A stretch of 63,338 nt of DNA, the filler included. It is 4 parts of 4 records of this genome, joined end to end, with 100 filler letters (N's around TTAATTAATTAA, not from the genome) between each part and the next. Parts side by side here need not be neighbours in the genome. Positions count along the whole stretch, not along the records: positions 40,891 to 57,611 come from SRR20825006_1790; positions 57,712 to 63,338 come from SRR20825006_1792; 2 more parts are not named here. One strand, 5' to 3'. Numbering within the stretch: position 1 is the stretch's first letter; every line of letters starts with the position of its first letter. A model generated the notes under the pieces. That model did no database searches. It was given only the letters and a program-made list of their open reading frames with translations, and was not told where the DNA came from. The translations under genes were made by a program, and so were the position numbers. Positions 48,671-59,468 of the stretch are shown here, in pieces.

Positions 48671-49693
48671 TCATTTAAGTTTCAACAAGAAATCAACCGT
48701 ATCTACACCGTCGGCATAATCCCATAATTGTGGGTTTTGAGCTTTTCCGAAAGGTATTTCATTTGCAAAACCAGCTTTTGAAACTACACATTGAATGTTG
48801 TCCGACTGGAGTTCAATTTCTTGTTTAATAGCTTCCAAAGAAGTATAGTTTTCATGAAAAACCACTGAAATAGGCGAGGAGAAGCCGCTATCTTTTTTTA
48901 GCAACATAAATTCGTTGTCTAAAAGCGGAAAGCTATCCATTAAATAAACCGCTTTATTGTAATCGTAATTATTGATGTATTTGTGGTTGTGGATTATTTC
49001 CTTCCAAAGAAACATTGCTTTAAAAAACTTTTCAAAATTATAGTTTTCAGGAACATATAATTTTGAAACATTTCTACAACCTAAGCCGAAATACCTAAAA
49101 ATATCGTCGGCAAGATTTTTTAACTCTTCTTTAGTTTCATTTCCTGTTAAAACTGCAACTGAATTTCTGTTTTTCCGAATAATATTCGGGTATTTTCCAA
49201 AATAATATTCAAAATAACGAGCTGTATTGTTACTTCCTGTGGCGATAACAGCATCAAAATTTTCGAGTTTTCCTTCTGTAAATTCAATATAATTTTTGAA
49301 TTCAGGTTCAATTTTTATTAATTGACTTGCCAAAAAAGGAAGTAACGTTTTATCGTTTGAAGAAAGCTTCGCCAAGATTTTATTTCCTGAAATTAAAACT
49401 GAAAGAAAATCATGAAAACCAACCAACGGAATATTTCCAGCCATAATAACTGCAACGGTTTTTGGTTGCGATTCTGTAAAAGAGTACTTTGAAAACCAGT
49501 GTTGTAGGTTCGTTTCTGTAAGTGCTTTACTCCAACTATTTAATGCAAAATTTATATTTTCCTGAGTAAACCAACCGTTTTCATTTTCAGCTCGCTTTAA
49601 AACCAAGTTGATTTCAGTGTCTTTTTCGTTATTGATTTCAAGGAGAAACTTTCCTAATTGGGTAAAAGCGTTAATTCTTTGTTTTAATTGCAT
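48671..49693 (-). CDS. Acyl-CoA reductase (LuxC-like, Bacteroidota type)
   Basis: MAGNIPLVGFHD, ATGSNNT, YFGLGCRNVSK, DYADGVDT; start set at MQLKQ, downstream of a promoter element. Confidence 0.85.
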   Translation of the reverse strand: MQLKQRINAFTQLGKFLLEINNEKDTEINLVLKRAENENGWFTQENINFALNSWSKALTETNLQHWFSKYSFTESQPKTVAVIMAGNIPLVGFHDFLSVLISGNKILAKLSSNDKTLLPFLASQLIKIEPEFKNYIEFTEGKLENFDAVIATGSNNTARYFEYYFGKYPNIIRKNRNSVAVLTGNETKEELKNLADDIFRYFGLGCRNVSKLYVPENYNFEKFFKAMFLWKEIIHNHKYINNYDYNKAVYLMDSFPLLDNEFMLLKKDSGFSSPISVVFHENYTSLEAIKQEIELQSDNIQCVVSKAGFANEIPFGKAQNPQLWDYADGVDTVDFLLKLK

Positions 49694-49723
49694 AGTTATT
49701 TTGGTGTTGCCCTTTCTAGGCAT

Positions 49724-49741
49724 TAAATTTGCGCAAAGTTA
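49724..49741. promoter_or_regulatory. Two opposed Bacteroidota -7 elements for the divergent reductase and ferredoxin genes
   Basis: TAAATTTG (+, 49724-49731) and TAACTTTG (-, 49734-49741); both fit TAnnTTTG. Confidence 0.6.
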
Positions 49742-49756
49742 GAAAAAGTATAACCT

Positions 49757-50107
49757 ATGGCAATTATTATAACCGATGAATGTATAAACTGCGGCGCATG
49801 TGAACCTGAATGCCCAAACACTGCTATTTATGAAGGTGCTGATGATTGGCGTTATGCCGATGGTACCGATTTAGATGGAAATGTTGTGTTGTCAAACGGA
49901 AAAGCAGTAGATGCAAATGAAGCACAAGAGCCTGTAAGTGACGAAATTTATTATATAGTAGCAGATAAATGTACCGAATGCAAAGGCTTTCATGAGGAGC
50001 CACAATGTGCGGCAGTATGTCCTGTAGATTGTTGCGTGCCCGATGAAGATAATGTAGAAACGGATGAAGAGTTATTAGGTAAACAGGCGTTTATGCATAA
50101 GGATTAA
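49757..50107 (+). CDS. 2[4Fe-4S] ferredoxin
   Basis: [12 protein letters not shown] and CTEC.G....PQCAAVCP. Confidence 0.92.
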   Translation: MAIIITDECINCGACEPECPNTAIYEGADDWRYADGTDLDGNVVLSNGKAVDANEAQEPVSDEIYYIVADKCTECKGFHEEPQCAAVCPVDCCVPDEDNVETDEELLGKQAFMHKD

Positions 50108-50126
50108 TGTATATTAAAAACTTCAA

Positions 50127-50173
50127 ATAAAAAACCCTCCTACAAAACATTTTTTGAAGGAGGGTTTTTTTAT
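50127..50173. terminator. Bidirectional intrinsic terminator
   Basis: AAAAAACCCTCC...GGAGGGTTTTTT between convergent genes. Confidence 0.75.
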
Positions 50174-50184
50174 GAATTCACTTT

Positions 50185-52902
50185 TTAAAAATTATAATTT
50201 ATTCGTGCATAATAGAAGGATCCGCCAAAGCCCATTTGTACAGAATCCCAATAGCCACCACCTTCTGTCCAGTCGTCTTGTTGGTCTGGATAAACATTGA
50301 ATAAGTTGTTTGAACCAACATTTAATTTTAAGTTTTCTGAAAGCTCAAAACCTAAATTTAAATCTGTAACATATTTTGCGGTATAAGTATCGGTAGCAGC
50401 AATCACTTGGTTTTCGAATCCTCCATAATCTGCAGGATCTTCAAACATTTGAAAATCTAGAAGTGCAACTTCACTAAATCGAGTTACAGTAAAACCTGTG
50501 CTAAACCATTTTCTTTCATAGGTAAGATTACCAACCAATTTACTTTCTGGAGCGGAAGCCAATAAAAAGGCTTTATCGCGTTCACCAAAAAATGTTTGTT
50601 CGTCCAGATTACCGTTTTTCACCTCTTTAATAACCATATTGTTGAAATTCCCCAAAAGTGAAACCCCAATACTATTATCATTGAAATCTTCCTTATAGGT
50701 TAAAACGATATCAAGACCAGTGGTTTCAGTGTCTACACCATTTGCAAAAAACTGTGCAGAATCTACATTTTCAATCTGTGGGGCAGGAAAATTCCCTGTT
50801 AAAACAATTCTGTCTTTTACATCTATATAGTACAGATCTGCGGTTGCAGTAAATTTTGAGAAATTTGTGGTAAAACCAAAACTTGCGTTTGTAGATACTT
50901 CTTCTTTTAAAGCGCCAATTCCGAATGCAGCAGTAACCGGGCTGTTATTTGGTGATAATAATTGATCGCTAGCTACACCGCCAATAAAATTGGTGAAACG
51001 CAAATTATAATATATCTGCGCCAGTGACGGAGCTCTAAAACCTGTACTTACGGAACCTCTAACGTTAATATTATCGGTTGCTTTGTAGCGCATTGCTAGT
51101 TTTCCATTTAGGGTGCTTCCAAAATCGCTGTAATTTTCAAAACGAGCAGCAGCACTTACTAAAAAGGCTTCACTAATATCTAGCTCGCCATCTGCATATA
51201 CAGAAATGTTTGATCGGCTTCTGTCTACCTCGTTTGCAGGGCCATATCCTGGAAAACCTTGAGATCCGCCGGGTCTTATTTGCGTGTTACCATCATCTAA
51301 AATAGGATTTCCGTCTGAGTCTCTATAAATTACAATATTTTCTTCAGGAGTATTTGCGTTTACGGGCACACCATTAACATCGTATGTTGCATAGGAACCT
51401 TCTTCACCTGCAAAAATTATAAAGTTTTCAGTTCTGTATTCCGCGCCAAATGCTAAGTTCATACCACTTAAAACATCTTCATAGTATTTCGAAAAATCTA
51501 GGTTTACAGTGTTTTGCGAAAGGCTATGTCCGCCAGCGTCAAATTCGGTTGGTGAAAGATCTACTAATGAAGCGTTTAAGGTTCCTTTAATATAGTAGTG
51601 GAAATTATTAATTCCGTATGCATTACTTATGTCTACATTCCATCCAGAAGCTGTTTTGGTTTTAACACCAGCAACAACTGAATTATCTGTAATGATTGAA
51701 GTAATACGTGGCGTGTAGCCATTTGGAAAAATTGATTCAACAACTCTATTTCCTCCATTTCTAGTAAAAGCGTAGGCATCTGTATCTCTGTAGTTTCTTC
51801 CTCCAAAAGCATAGACTTCGGTGTTTTCGTTAACTGGGATTCCAACATTTCCCATTAAGTTGAAGCCTTCAATTGCTGCTTCGCCAAAGCCTTTTCTAAA
51901 ATCGAACGTAGGGCGTAATGTTTTGTTTTTATTGATATATTCGGTTGTAAAATTTGCATAACCACCTTTTTCACCTAGCGAAAAGCCGTAATTTGCTCCA
52001 AATTTAACAGAACCTCCATCAAAACTTTTGTCTTTCCCTATGGCGTTTCCATCCTTTTCAGTGTCAAGGCGATACCCGTCTGTATTCCATAACCCATAGG
52101 CATCATCGGTAAAAGCACTTGTATCTACATCTGCATTGGTGCTATATGCTCCGTATGAAACGCTTCCCGACAGTTGATCTATATTGTCTTTCAGTACAAT
52201 ATTTATTACGCCAGCAATTGCATCACTACCATACTGTGCAGAAGCACCATCGCGAAGTACTTCAATTCTTTTAATGGAAGTTGCAGGAATTGCATTTAAG
52301 TCTGTACCGGTATTTCCGCGGCCACGTGTACCAAAAACATTGATTAATGAAGATTGGTGTCTTCTTTTGCCATTTATTAAAACTAAGGTTTGGTCGGGTC
52401 CTAAACCGCGCAATGATGCAGGGTCAATATGGTCTGCTCCATCAGACCCAGATTGTTTGCTTGCATTAAAGGAAGGTGCGGCATATTGTAAAAGTTCATT
52501 TATTTCAACTTTTCCCAATTGCAATGTTGTGGCTTCTACATCAATTACATCAATAGGTACAGCGGTATTTATAGCGGTTCTTTTTGGACTTCTTGAGCCA
52601 ACAAGCATTACATCTTCTAATGATTCTCCTTCAGAAAGTGTTATGGAAATTGTTGTTTGTCCATTTATTTCAACTTCTTGGGTATTAAAGCCCACATAGC
52701 TAAAGGTTAATGTTGCATTTTCAGCAACATCAATTGTAAAATCGCCATCAATAGTTGTTGTTGTTCCATTTGTAGTTCCTTTTTCAACAACATTAACAAA
52801 AGAAAGAGGAATGCCTGCAGCGTCCGTTATATTTCCTGTTACAGTAATTTGTGAAAAAGAAACCCCGCAAATAAAAAATAATAAAAGTGTAATTTTTTTC
52901 AT
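50185..52902 (-). CDS. TonB-dependent outer-membrane receptor
   Basis: Signal peptide; N-terminal CarboxypepD_reg-like domain; plug (LRGLGPDQTLVLINGKR, IEVLRDGASAQYGSDAIAGVINI); C-terminal Phe. Confidence 0.92.
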   Translation of the reverse strand: MKKITLLLFFICGVSFSQITVTGNITDAAGIPLSFVNVVEKGTTNGTTTTIDGDFTIDVAENATLTFSYVGFNTQEVEINGQTTISITLSEGESLEDVMLVGSRSPKRTAINTAVPIDVIDVEATTLQLGKVEINELLQYAAPSFNASKQSGSDGADHIDPASLRGLGPDQTLVLINGKRRHQSSLINVFGTRGRGNTGTDLNAIPATSIKRIEVLRDGASAQYGSDAIAGVINIVLKDNIDQLSGSVSYGAYSTNADVDTSAFTDDAYGLWNTDGYRLDTEKDGNAIGKDKSFDGGSVKFGANYGFSLGEKGGYANFTTEYINKNKTLRPTFDFRKGFGEAAIEGFNLMGNVGIPVNENTEVYAFGGRNYRDTDAYAFTRNGGNRVVESIFPNGYTPRITSIITDNSVVAGVKTKTASGWNVDISNAYGINNFHYYIKGTLNASLVDLSPTEFDAGGHSLSQNTVNLDFSKYYEDVLSGMNLAFGAEYRTENFIIFAGEEGSYATYDVNGVPVNANTPEENIVIYRDSDGNPILDDGNTQIRPGGSQGFPGYGPANEVDRSRSNISVYADGELDISEAFLVSAAARFENYSDFGSTLNGKLAMRYKATDNINVRGSVSTGFRAPSLAQIYYNLRFTNFIGGVASDQLLSPNNSPVTAAFGIGALKEEVSTNASFGFTTNFSKFTATADLYYIDVKDRIVLTGNFPAPQIENVDSAQFFANGVDTETTGLDIVLTYKEDFNDNSIGVSLLGNFNNMVIKEVKNGNLDEQTFFGERDKAFLLASAPESKLVGNLTYERKWFSTGFTVTRFSEVALLDFQMFEDPADYGGFENQVIAATDTYTAKYVTDLNLGFELSENLKLNVGSNNLFNVYPDQQDDWTEGGGYWDSVQMGFGGSFYYARINYNF

Positions 52903-52980
52903 TGGTTTTTGGTTTTATCGTTATACTTTTTGTTAAAGTTACTGTTTTAATATATTATTTTAAGGATTCTGTTTTGAAAA

Positions 52981-53015
52981 AAAAATCCGCTCACTTGTTA
53001 AGTGAACGGATTTTT
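52981..53015 (-). terminator. Intrinsic terminator
   Basis: AAAAATCCGCTCACT-TGTTA-AGTGAACGGATTTTT. Confidence 0.7.
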
Positions 53016-53038
53016 AAAATGTATGAGGAGAAGTATAT

Positions 53039-53512
53039 TTACTCTTTATCTAACTTAGCCATTCCATCTGGCCTTTTTGTTAATGCAGCACGTCTCTCTT
53101 CAAGTTCTTTTTGTTGTTGTTGCAGTTTTTCTTGACGAATTTTTTCTGCTGCCGCTGCTGCTGCTTCTTTTTGAGCTTTTATGGAACTTTCCAGTTGCAT
53201 TTGTTGTTGCTCTTTTTTAATAGCAACCATAGCTTCATTTTTTTTATCAATATTTATTTCATCTACAACTTTTTCATTACTGTCTTGTGAAGTAGTTTCA
53301 CTAAATTCTTGATTTGTTTCATCGTTCCCTTCTACAATTACTTCGCCAGTTTCGGTAAGAGTGCTTTTAATTTCCTTAATCTTTACATCGCTACCTTCTT
53401 TTGTAACAACACGTTTAATTGTTGATTCTTCTTTAACCGTTTTGCTTTCTTGGGCTTGAATGCCTGCGATTGTAAAAATCATAACAGCAAAACTCATAAG
53501 TACTTTTTTCAT
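53039..53512 (-). CDS. Secreted hypothetical protein with charged/coiled-coil C-terminus
   Basis: Signal peptide MKKV...IQA-Q; E/K/Q-rich. Confidence 0.75.
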   Translation of the reverse strand: MKKVLMSFAVMIFTIAGIQAQESKTVKEESTIKRVVTKEGSDVKIKEIKSTLTETGEVIVEGNDETNQEFSETTSQDSNEKVVDEINIDKKNEAMVAIKKEQQQMQLESSIKAQKEAAAAAAEKIRQEKLQQQQKELEERRAALTKRPDGMAKLDKE

Positions 53513-53678
53513 AATCATCGGTTATTTATAGATTGAAGTGTAAATTTAATAGTATTATAGTTAAGTTATTGTGAATTTTAAGTGAAATAAAACACAAACT
53601 TTTTTCAAAAAAGCATTTAAATTCAATAATAAAAGTCAGTTTTGAAGATGTATATTTGCACTCTAAAAAAATATTTTA

Positions 53679-54773
53679 ATGAAAGCAGGTATTGTAGGAT
53701 TGCCAAACGTTGGGAAATCAACACTTTTCAATTGTTTATCTAATGCAAAGGCACAAAGCGCAAATTTTCCTTTTTGTACAATCGAGCCTAATGTAGGTGT
53801 TGTAAATGTTCCTGATCCAAGGTTGTTAAAGCTAGAAGAATTGGTGAAGCCAGAACGTGTTTTGCCTGCAACAGTTGAAATTGTAGATATAGCTGGTCTT
53901 GTAAAAGGTGCAAGTAAAGGGGAAGGACTTGGAAATCAATTTTTGAGTAATATTCGTGAAACGGATGCTATTCTTCATGTGTTACGTTGCTTTGACAATG
54001 ATAATATAGTGCATGTGGATGGTAATGTAAACCCAATCCGTGATAAAGAAACTATAGACATTGAACTTCAATTGAAAGATTTAGAAACAGTCGACAAAAA
54101 ACTTGAGAAAGTAAAACGTGCTGCACGAACAGGAAATAAAGATGCTCAAAAAGAAGAAGCTGCCTTACTAAAAGTTAAAGCGGGCCTTGAGGCTGGAGTT
54201 TCAGTTCGCGCTATAGATTTATCTGACAGCGAACGTGAAGAATTTATTGTAAATGCACAGTTTATTACAGACAAACCCGTATTATATGTATGTAATGTAG
54301 ATGAAGGGTCTGCAGCTAACGGAAACGCCTACGTAGAAAAAGTTAAAGAAGCTGTTGCAAATGAAAATGCAGAGGTTTTGGTGCTTGCAGTTGGTACAGA
54401 AGCTGATATTACAGAACTAGAAACTTTTGAAGAACGCCAAATGTTTCTTGAAGATTTAGGCCTTGAAGAAGCTGGTTCAGCAAAATTAATACGTAGCGCA
54501 TACAAATTACTTAATCTTCAAACTTACTTTACCGCCGGTGTAAAAGAAGTGCGCGCATGGACAATTCCTGTTGGTGCAACAGCTCCACAAGCAGCAGGAG
54601 TTATTCATACAGATTTTGAAAAAGGTTTTATTCGTGCTGAAGTAATTAAATATAATGATTACGAAACCTACGGAAGCGAAGCCAAAGTAAAAGAAGCAGG
54701 AAAGATGGGTGTGGAAGGTAAAGAATACGTCGTTAATGACGGAGATGTGATGCATTTTAGATTTAATGTATAA
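53679..54773 (+). CDS. ychF: Ribosome-binding ATPase YchF
   Basis: [42 protein letters not shown] domain; TATATTTG promoter element at 53651. Confidence 0.97.
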   Translation: MKAGIVGLPNVGKSTLFNCLSNAKAQSANFPFCTIEPNVGVVNVPDPRLLKLEELVKPERVLPATVEIVDIAGLVKGASKGEGLGNQFLSNIRETDAILHVLRCFDNDNIVHVDGNVNPIRDKETIDIELQLKDLETVDKKLEKVKRAARTGNKDAQKEEAALLKVKAGLEAGVSVRAIDLSDSEREEFIVNAQFITDKPVLYVCNVDEGSAANGNAYVEKVKEAVANENAEVLVLAVGTEADITELETFEERQMFLEDLGLEEAGSAKLIRSAYKLLNLQTYFTAGVKEVRAWTIPVGATAPQAAGVIHTDFEKGFIRAEVIKYNDYETYGSEAKVKEAGKMGVEGKEYVVNDGDVMHFRFNV

Positions 54774-54806
54774 AAAAAACGTCCCTAATTCTGGGACATT
54801 TTTTTT
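54772..54806. terminator. Bidirectional intrinsic terminator
   Basis: A8-CGTCCC-TAATTCT-GGGACA-T8. Confidence 0.7.
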
Positions 54807-54819
54807 ATATTCATTTCTT

Positions 54820-55812
54820 TTAAAAACTTAAACTTATAGCCATCGCGTTATATTCATCACTATTAAAACTCATGCCGGTGGTTGGGTATATTTGTAAATT
54901 TTCATTGTCATTTTTATGAAGTTCAGGAATCAAAATTCCTGTTGCGGCACCTATAATATACCCTACCGTAACATCAGTTAAAAAGTGTTGACCTGCTTCT
55001 ATTCTTAAATATGAAACACCAGCAGGAATTACAGCGGCTCCAGCCCAAACCCAAGTTTTTGCGGGCGATTCTGGATGATAATCATTATATACCTTAGCTG
55101 CAAAAAAAGTGGCTGATGCGGACGCTGCTACATGGCCAGCATAAAAAGACCGCTGTCCGTTGTTTTTTCTTCTCCTTTCATCATTTGTTTCTCCACTATC
55201 ATCATATACATAAGGTCTTGATCTGTTTAATAAGCCTGCGGTTAATGAGTACATGGTAGCGGTTGTGGCAAGAGTTTCTAGATAAAGTCCTAAAAATTGC
55301 CCAGTGTTATCATTGACTTTGTCATCTATAAGAAGTGTAAAAGGAGCAGCAAATGAAACTGCAAATGGAATATCACTTAACTTGCTTGCATTTGTAGAAT
55401 GATTTCCAGCGGCCCATCTATCAACAAAATTTATGTCGTCAATTGTTTTTTGGAGGTTTTCACCTTGATATTTTGCGAATTCAGCGTCAGTTAAATCATC
55501 TTTATTTTTTATAAAACTAAGACCGATTGCTGCACCTGCCAATCCAGCGCCAGTCCAAATACCATCACGAACCCATTTCCATTCATAAGGAGAGCCAGGT
55601 TTTGTGGTTAAGGTTGCGTTTCTGTTTTCTGTGAAGCTAATTTTCGGGGAAGCATTTTTATTTAAGTATAATTGATTTACAAAATTGGTTTGTTGTTTTA
55701 ATACCAATGAATCGATACCGTTTTGAATTTTAAAAGCATGGTGAGTAATGCTCTTTTGTGCGTAAAAATGCGTCCCAAAAATTAACGCTACTATTAAAGT
55801 TAACTTTTCCAT
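54820..55812 (-). CDS. PAP2-family phosphatase
   Basis: RSRP, SFYAGH, RIEAGQHFLTDV motifs. Confidence 0.85.
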   Translation of the reverse strand: MEKLTLIVALIFGTHFYAQKSITHHAFKIQNGIDSLVLKQQTNFVNQLYLNKNASPKISFTENRNATLTTKPGSPYEWKWVRDGIWTGAGLAGAAIGLSFIKNKDDLTDAEFAKYQGENLQKTIDDINFVDRWAAGNHSTNASKLSDIPFAVSFAAPFTLLIDDKVNDNTGQFLGLYLETLATTATMYSLTAGLLNRSRPYVYDDSGETNDERRRKNNGQRSFYAGHVAASASATFFAAKVYNDYHPESPAKTWVWAGAAVIPAGVSYLRIEAGQHFLTDVTVGYIIGAATGILIPELHKNDNENLQIYPTTGMSFNSDEYNAMAISLSF

Positions 55813-56138
55813 AGATTATAAATTTATTGGAAAAGGTGCTGTATTTTAAGGGTTTTAACGCTTCGTTTGAAAAAGTTTAGGGATTTATTTAGGTTTGTAT
55901 GTACTTTATTTTAATCCGTTTTTTAAATATTTTACAACTGTTTAATTGTTAGAATTTAAAGATTATTATTTTAAAAACTGAATGTTTTACGCTTCTTTAA
56001 ATACTATTGATATTTGCTTGTAAGTAGCGGAAAAACAATTACTAACAATAAGCTCCTTTTTATTGTTAATTACTTTCCAAAGTATTGTTTTCACAAGTGC
56101 TCACGTTATTTTATATTAGCAACCCTACACTTATTTTT

Positions 56139-57611
56139 ATGGCAGAAACGCAATATACCGAAGACAATATACGCTCGCTCGACTGGAAAGAGCATATCCG
56201 TATGCGCCCAGGAATGTACATTGGTAAACTAGGCGACGGTTCTTCACCAGACGATGGAATTTATATTCTTTTGAAAGAAATAATAGATAACTGTATCGAT
56301 GAATTCGTAATGGGTACTGGTAAAACAATTGAGGTACGCATAAAAGACAAAGAAGTAAAAGTACGTGATTATGGTCGTGGAATTCCACTGGGGAAAGTGA
56401 TTGATGTTGTTTCAAAAATGAATACCGGAGGAAAATATGATAGCCGCGCGTTTAAGAAATCTGTTGGTTTAAACGGGGTTGGTACAAAAGCAGTTAACGC
56501 CCTTTCTTCTTTTTTTAAGGTAGAGTCTATTCGTGAAAATCAAATGAAAGCCGCAGAGTTTTCACTTGGAGAGCTTAAAAATGATTTAGCGGTAGAGGAA
56601 ACTACAAAGAGAAAAGGAACGAAAGTAGTTTTTGTTCCAGACGAAAGTATTTTCAAAAATTTTAAATTCCGCACAGAATATGTGCAAAAAATGCTTAAAA
56701 ACTATGTCTACCTTAATCCGGGACTGACAATAGATTTTAACGGTGAAAAGTTCTATTCTGAAAACGGTTTAAAAGATCTTTTACAGGAAACAATTACGGA
56801 AGAAGACAGTGCGTATCCAATAATTCATCTTCGCGGTGAAGATATTGAAATAGCAATGACGCACAGTAAAACACAATATAGTGAGGAATATCACAGTTTT
56901 GTAAACGGACAAAATACAACACAAGGCGGAACGCATTTAGCTGCTTTTAGAGAAGCTTTAGTGAAAACCGTTCGTGAATTTTACAATAAAAATTACGATG
57001 CCAGCGATGTGCGAAAATCTATCGTAACCGCAATTAGCATCAAGGTAACGGAGCCTGTTTTTGAAAGTCAAACAAAAACAAAACTTGGTTCAACCGACAT
57101 GGGTGGCGACTTGCCAACGGTTCGAACTTTTATAAATGACTTCGTAAAAACGCAGCTGGATAATTACCTACATAAAAATCCAGAAACTGCAGATGCAATT
57201 CAGCGTAAAATTGTTCAAGCGGAACGCGAACGAAAAGAGCTAAGCGGAATCCGTAAACTAGCAAAGGATCGTGCTAAAAAAGCCAACCTTCACAATAAAA
57301 AATTACGTGATTGCCGTGTGCATTTGGCAGATATAAAAAATGAACGGAATCTGGAGTCTACACTGTTTATAACCGAGGGAGATTCTGCGAGTGGAAGTAT
57401 CACCAAAAGTAGAGATGTAAACACCCAAGCCGTTTTTTCACTTCGAGGAAAACCGTTGAATACGTACGGAATGACCAAGAAAATTGTTTATGAAAATGAA
57501 GAGTTCAACCTTCTGCAAGCTGCATTGAATATAGAAGATTCGATGGAAGATTTGCGTTACAATAATATAGTAATTGCAACAGATGCCGATGTGGATGGAA
57601 TGCACATTCGC
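56139..57611 (+). CDS. parE: DNA topoisomerase IV subunit B (GyrB/ParE family), 3'-partial
   Basis: [54 protein letters not shown]. Confidence 0.9.
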
Positions 57612-57711
57612 NNNNNNNNNNNNNNNNNNNNNNNNNNNNNNNNNNNNNNNNNNNNTTAATTAATTAANNNNNNNNNNNNNNNNNNNNNNNNNNNNNNNNN
57701 NNNNNNNNNNN
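57612..57711. other. Artificial contig-joining spacer
   Basis: N44-TTAATTAATTAA-N44. Confidence 0.98.
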
Positions 57712-58076
57712 CACGCGCTGCACCGGAGACATTGCCAGCGCCGGATATCCCCGCACCGCCTGTACCGCACATTGATCCGATCCGCCCGATCGTTTCACAC
57801 CATCTGAATGTTCTTCGAAACGGCCCGTCACTCGAAGCAGCCATTACGGCACTTCTACCCCGGTTCGAAGCTGATGGCGCTGAGGCTGATCCCGCGCTCG
57901 TCGCTTTGGCGATTGCGGTATTTGCACATCGGCGCCGGGAATCGCGTGGGGCCCACGCCCGTCAGGATTTTCCGATGAAAGCCGCCGTGTCATCGCAAAG
58001 CCGGATGGATCTTGCAGCCATTCTGGATGCTGCCCGAAGCATTATCGAAACGCATCCCCTTGCCCGGAGCGCCTGA
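57712..58076 (+). CDS. nadB: L-aspartate oxidase, C-terminal fragment
   Basis: RRESRGAHARQDFP motif; immediately upstream of nadC. Confidence 0.8.
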
Positions 58077-58077
58077 T

Positions 58078-58938
58078 ATGAACCTTCCGCCCCTGCCCCG
58101 TCTTCTGATCGAACCAGCCGTTCGCCGCGCACTCGAAGAGGATCTCGGTCTGGCCGGTGATATCACCGCCAACGCCGTAATACCGCCAGACCATCATTCG
58201 ACGGTGGTGATGGCAGCACGCAGAGGCGGCGTGATTGCCGGACTGGACGCCGCAACTCTGGCTTTTCAGTTGATTGATCCGACCATCCACATCGACCGGC
58301 ACATGAGCGACGGCGAAAAGGCAGAAGAAGGAACTGTCATCGCCACGGTGAGCGGCCCTTCACGTGCAATCCTGACCGGCGAACGCACGGCATTGAATTT
58401 CCTCAGTCATCTTTCCGGCATTGCCAGCGTCACCGCCGGTATCGTCGAAGCGGTCGCCACAACAAAGGCCAACATTGTCTGCACCCGCAAAACCACGCCC
58501 GGCCTGAGGGCGCTTGAGAAATATGCCGTCAAAGCCGGTGGCGGCGGCAACCATCGTTTCTCGCTGGCCGATGCCGTGCTGATCAAGGACAATCACATCG
58601 CCATTGCAGGAAACATCAGGACCGCGATCCGCCAGGCGAAAGCCCATTCTGGCCATATGGTCAGGATTGAGGTTGAGGTGGACACTCTGGAACAGCTACG
58701 CGCTGCAACGGACGAAGGGGTCGATGCCGTCCTGCTCGATAATATGACGCCCGAAACACTGCGACAGGCGGTTGATATCGTCGCAGGTCGGGCGATTACG
58801 GAAGCATCCGGCGGCATAACGCCTGCAACAGCCAAAGCCGTTGCCGGAGCCGGTGTCGATCTCATCTCCATTGGCTGGTTAACCCATTCCGCTCCGGTTC
58901 TTGATATTGGCCTTGATTATCAGGGCACCCGAAGCTGA
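58078..58938 (+). CDS. nadC: Quinolinate phosphoribosyltransferase
   Basis: EDLG..GDIT, ERTALN, TRKTTPG, HR, LIKDNH, EVEVD, LLDNM, EASGG. Confidence 0.96.
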   Translation: MNLPPLPRLLIEPAVRRALEEDLGLAGDITANAVIPPDHHSTVVMAARRGGVIAGLDAATLAFQLIDPTIHIDRHMSDGEKAEEGTVIATVSGPSRAILTGERTALNFLSHLSGIASVTAGIVEAVATTKANIVCTRKTTPGLRALEKYAVKAGGGGNHRFSLADAVLIKDNHIAIAGNIRTAIRQAKAHSGHMVRIEVEVDTLEQLRAATDEGVDAVLLDNMTPETLRQAVDIVAGRAITEASGGITPATAKAVAGAGVDLISIGWLTHSAPVLDIGLDYQGTRS

Positions 58939-59000
58939 TCGGAGAATGATCCAAATCGCGTGAACAAACGTTTTTCGCTTAAAACAGCGAGGAACCGGTC

Positions 59001-59375
59001 ATGTTTGGCAAATGGACGATTTTTTGTGCTGCCGCCGCGCTTTCTGCTCCGGTTGGAGCCAACGCCTCGGATATAACCGGGCTTTGGGCGCGTGGTGACG
59101 GCAAGGCACGGGTACAGGTCAAAAAATGCGGCGATGATTTTTGCGCGACCAATGTCTGGGTCAGACCAAGCACACCGCGCGAGCGGATCGGTGACAAGCT
59201 TATAATGGATGTCGAGCCAACTTCCGCAAACAAGCTGGAAGGCAAGGCCAAAGACGTGCGCCGAGGCCTGACCTACAGCATGGAAATCACCGTAAATGGT
59301 GATGCCATGCAGACCAGAGGCTGCATTCTGGGCCAGATCATCTGCAAGTCCGCAGACTGGTCAAGCCTTCAGTAA
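59001..59375 (+). CDS. DUF2147 family secreted protein
   Basis: Signal peptide; G.W...G.ARV..KCG...C, D...G.TY, RGCI.G..ICKS..W. Confidence 0.8.
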   Translation: MFGKWTIFCAAAALSAPVGANASDITGLWARGDGKARVQVKKCGDDFCATNVWVRPSTPRERIGDKLIMDVEPTSANKLEGKAKDVRRGLTYSMEITVNGDAMQTRGCILGQIICKSADWSSLQ

Positions 59376-59426
59376 CGATCTATGCATCACAGGTCTTAAC
59401 GGTCTAGCGCATCGTGCTTCAATAGT

Positions 59427-59468
59427 TAGAGCATCCTTGGTGCGTCAAAACGGACGCACGGCGATCTA
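59427..59468. repeat. Rhizobial palindromic intergenic repeat (RIME/REP-like)
   Basis: TAGAGCATCCTTGGTGCGTC-AAAACG-GACGCACGGCGATCTA: GTGCGTC/GACGCAC stem with TAGA/TCTA ends. Confidence 0.55.

Noticed and set aside
48671-49693. Bioluminescence (lux) locus
   Set aside because: A lone LuxC-like reductase next to serC and a ferredoxin, with no luxAB/D/E.
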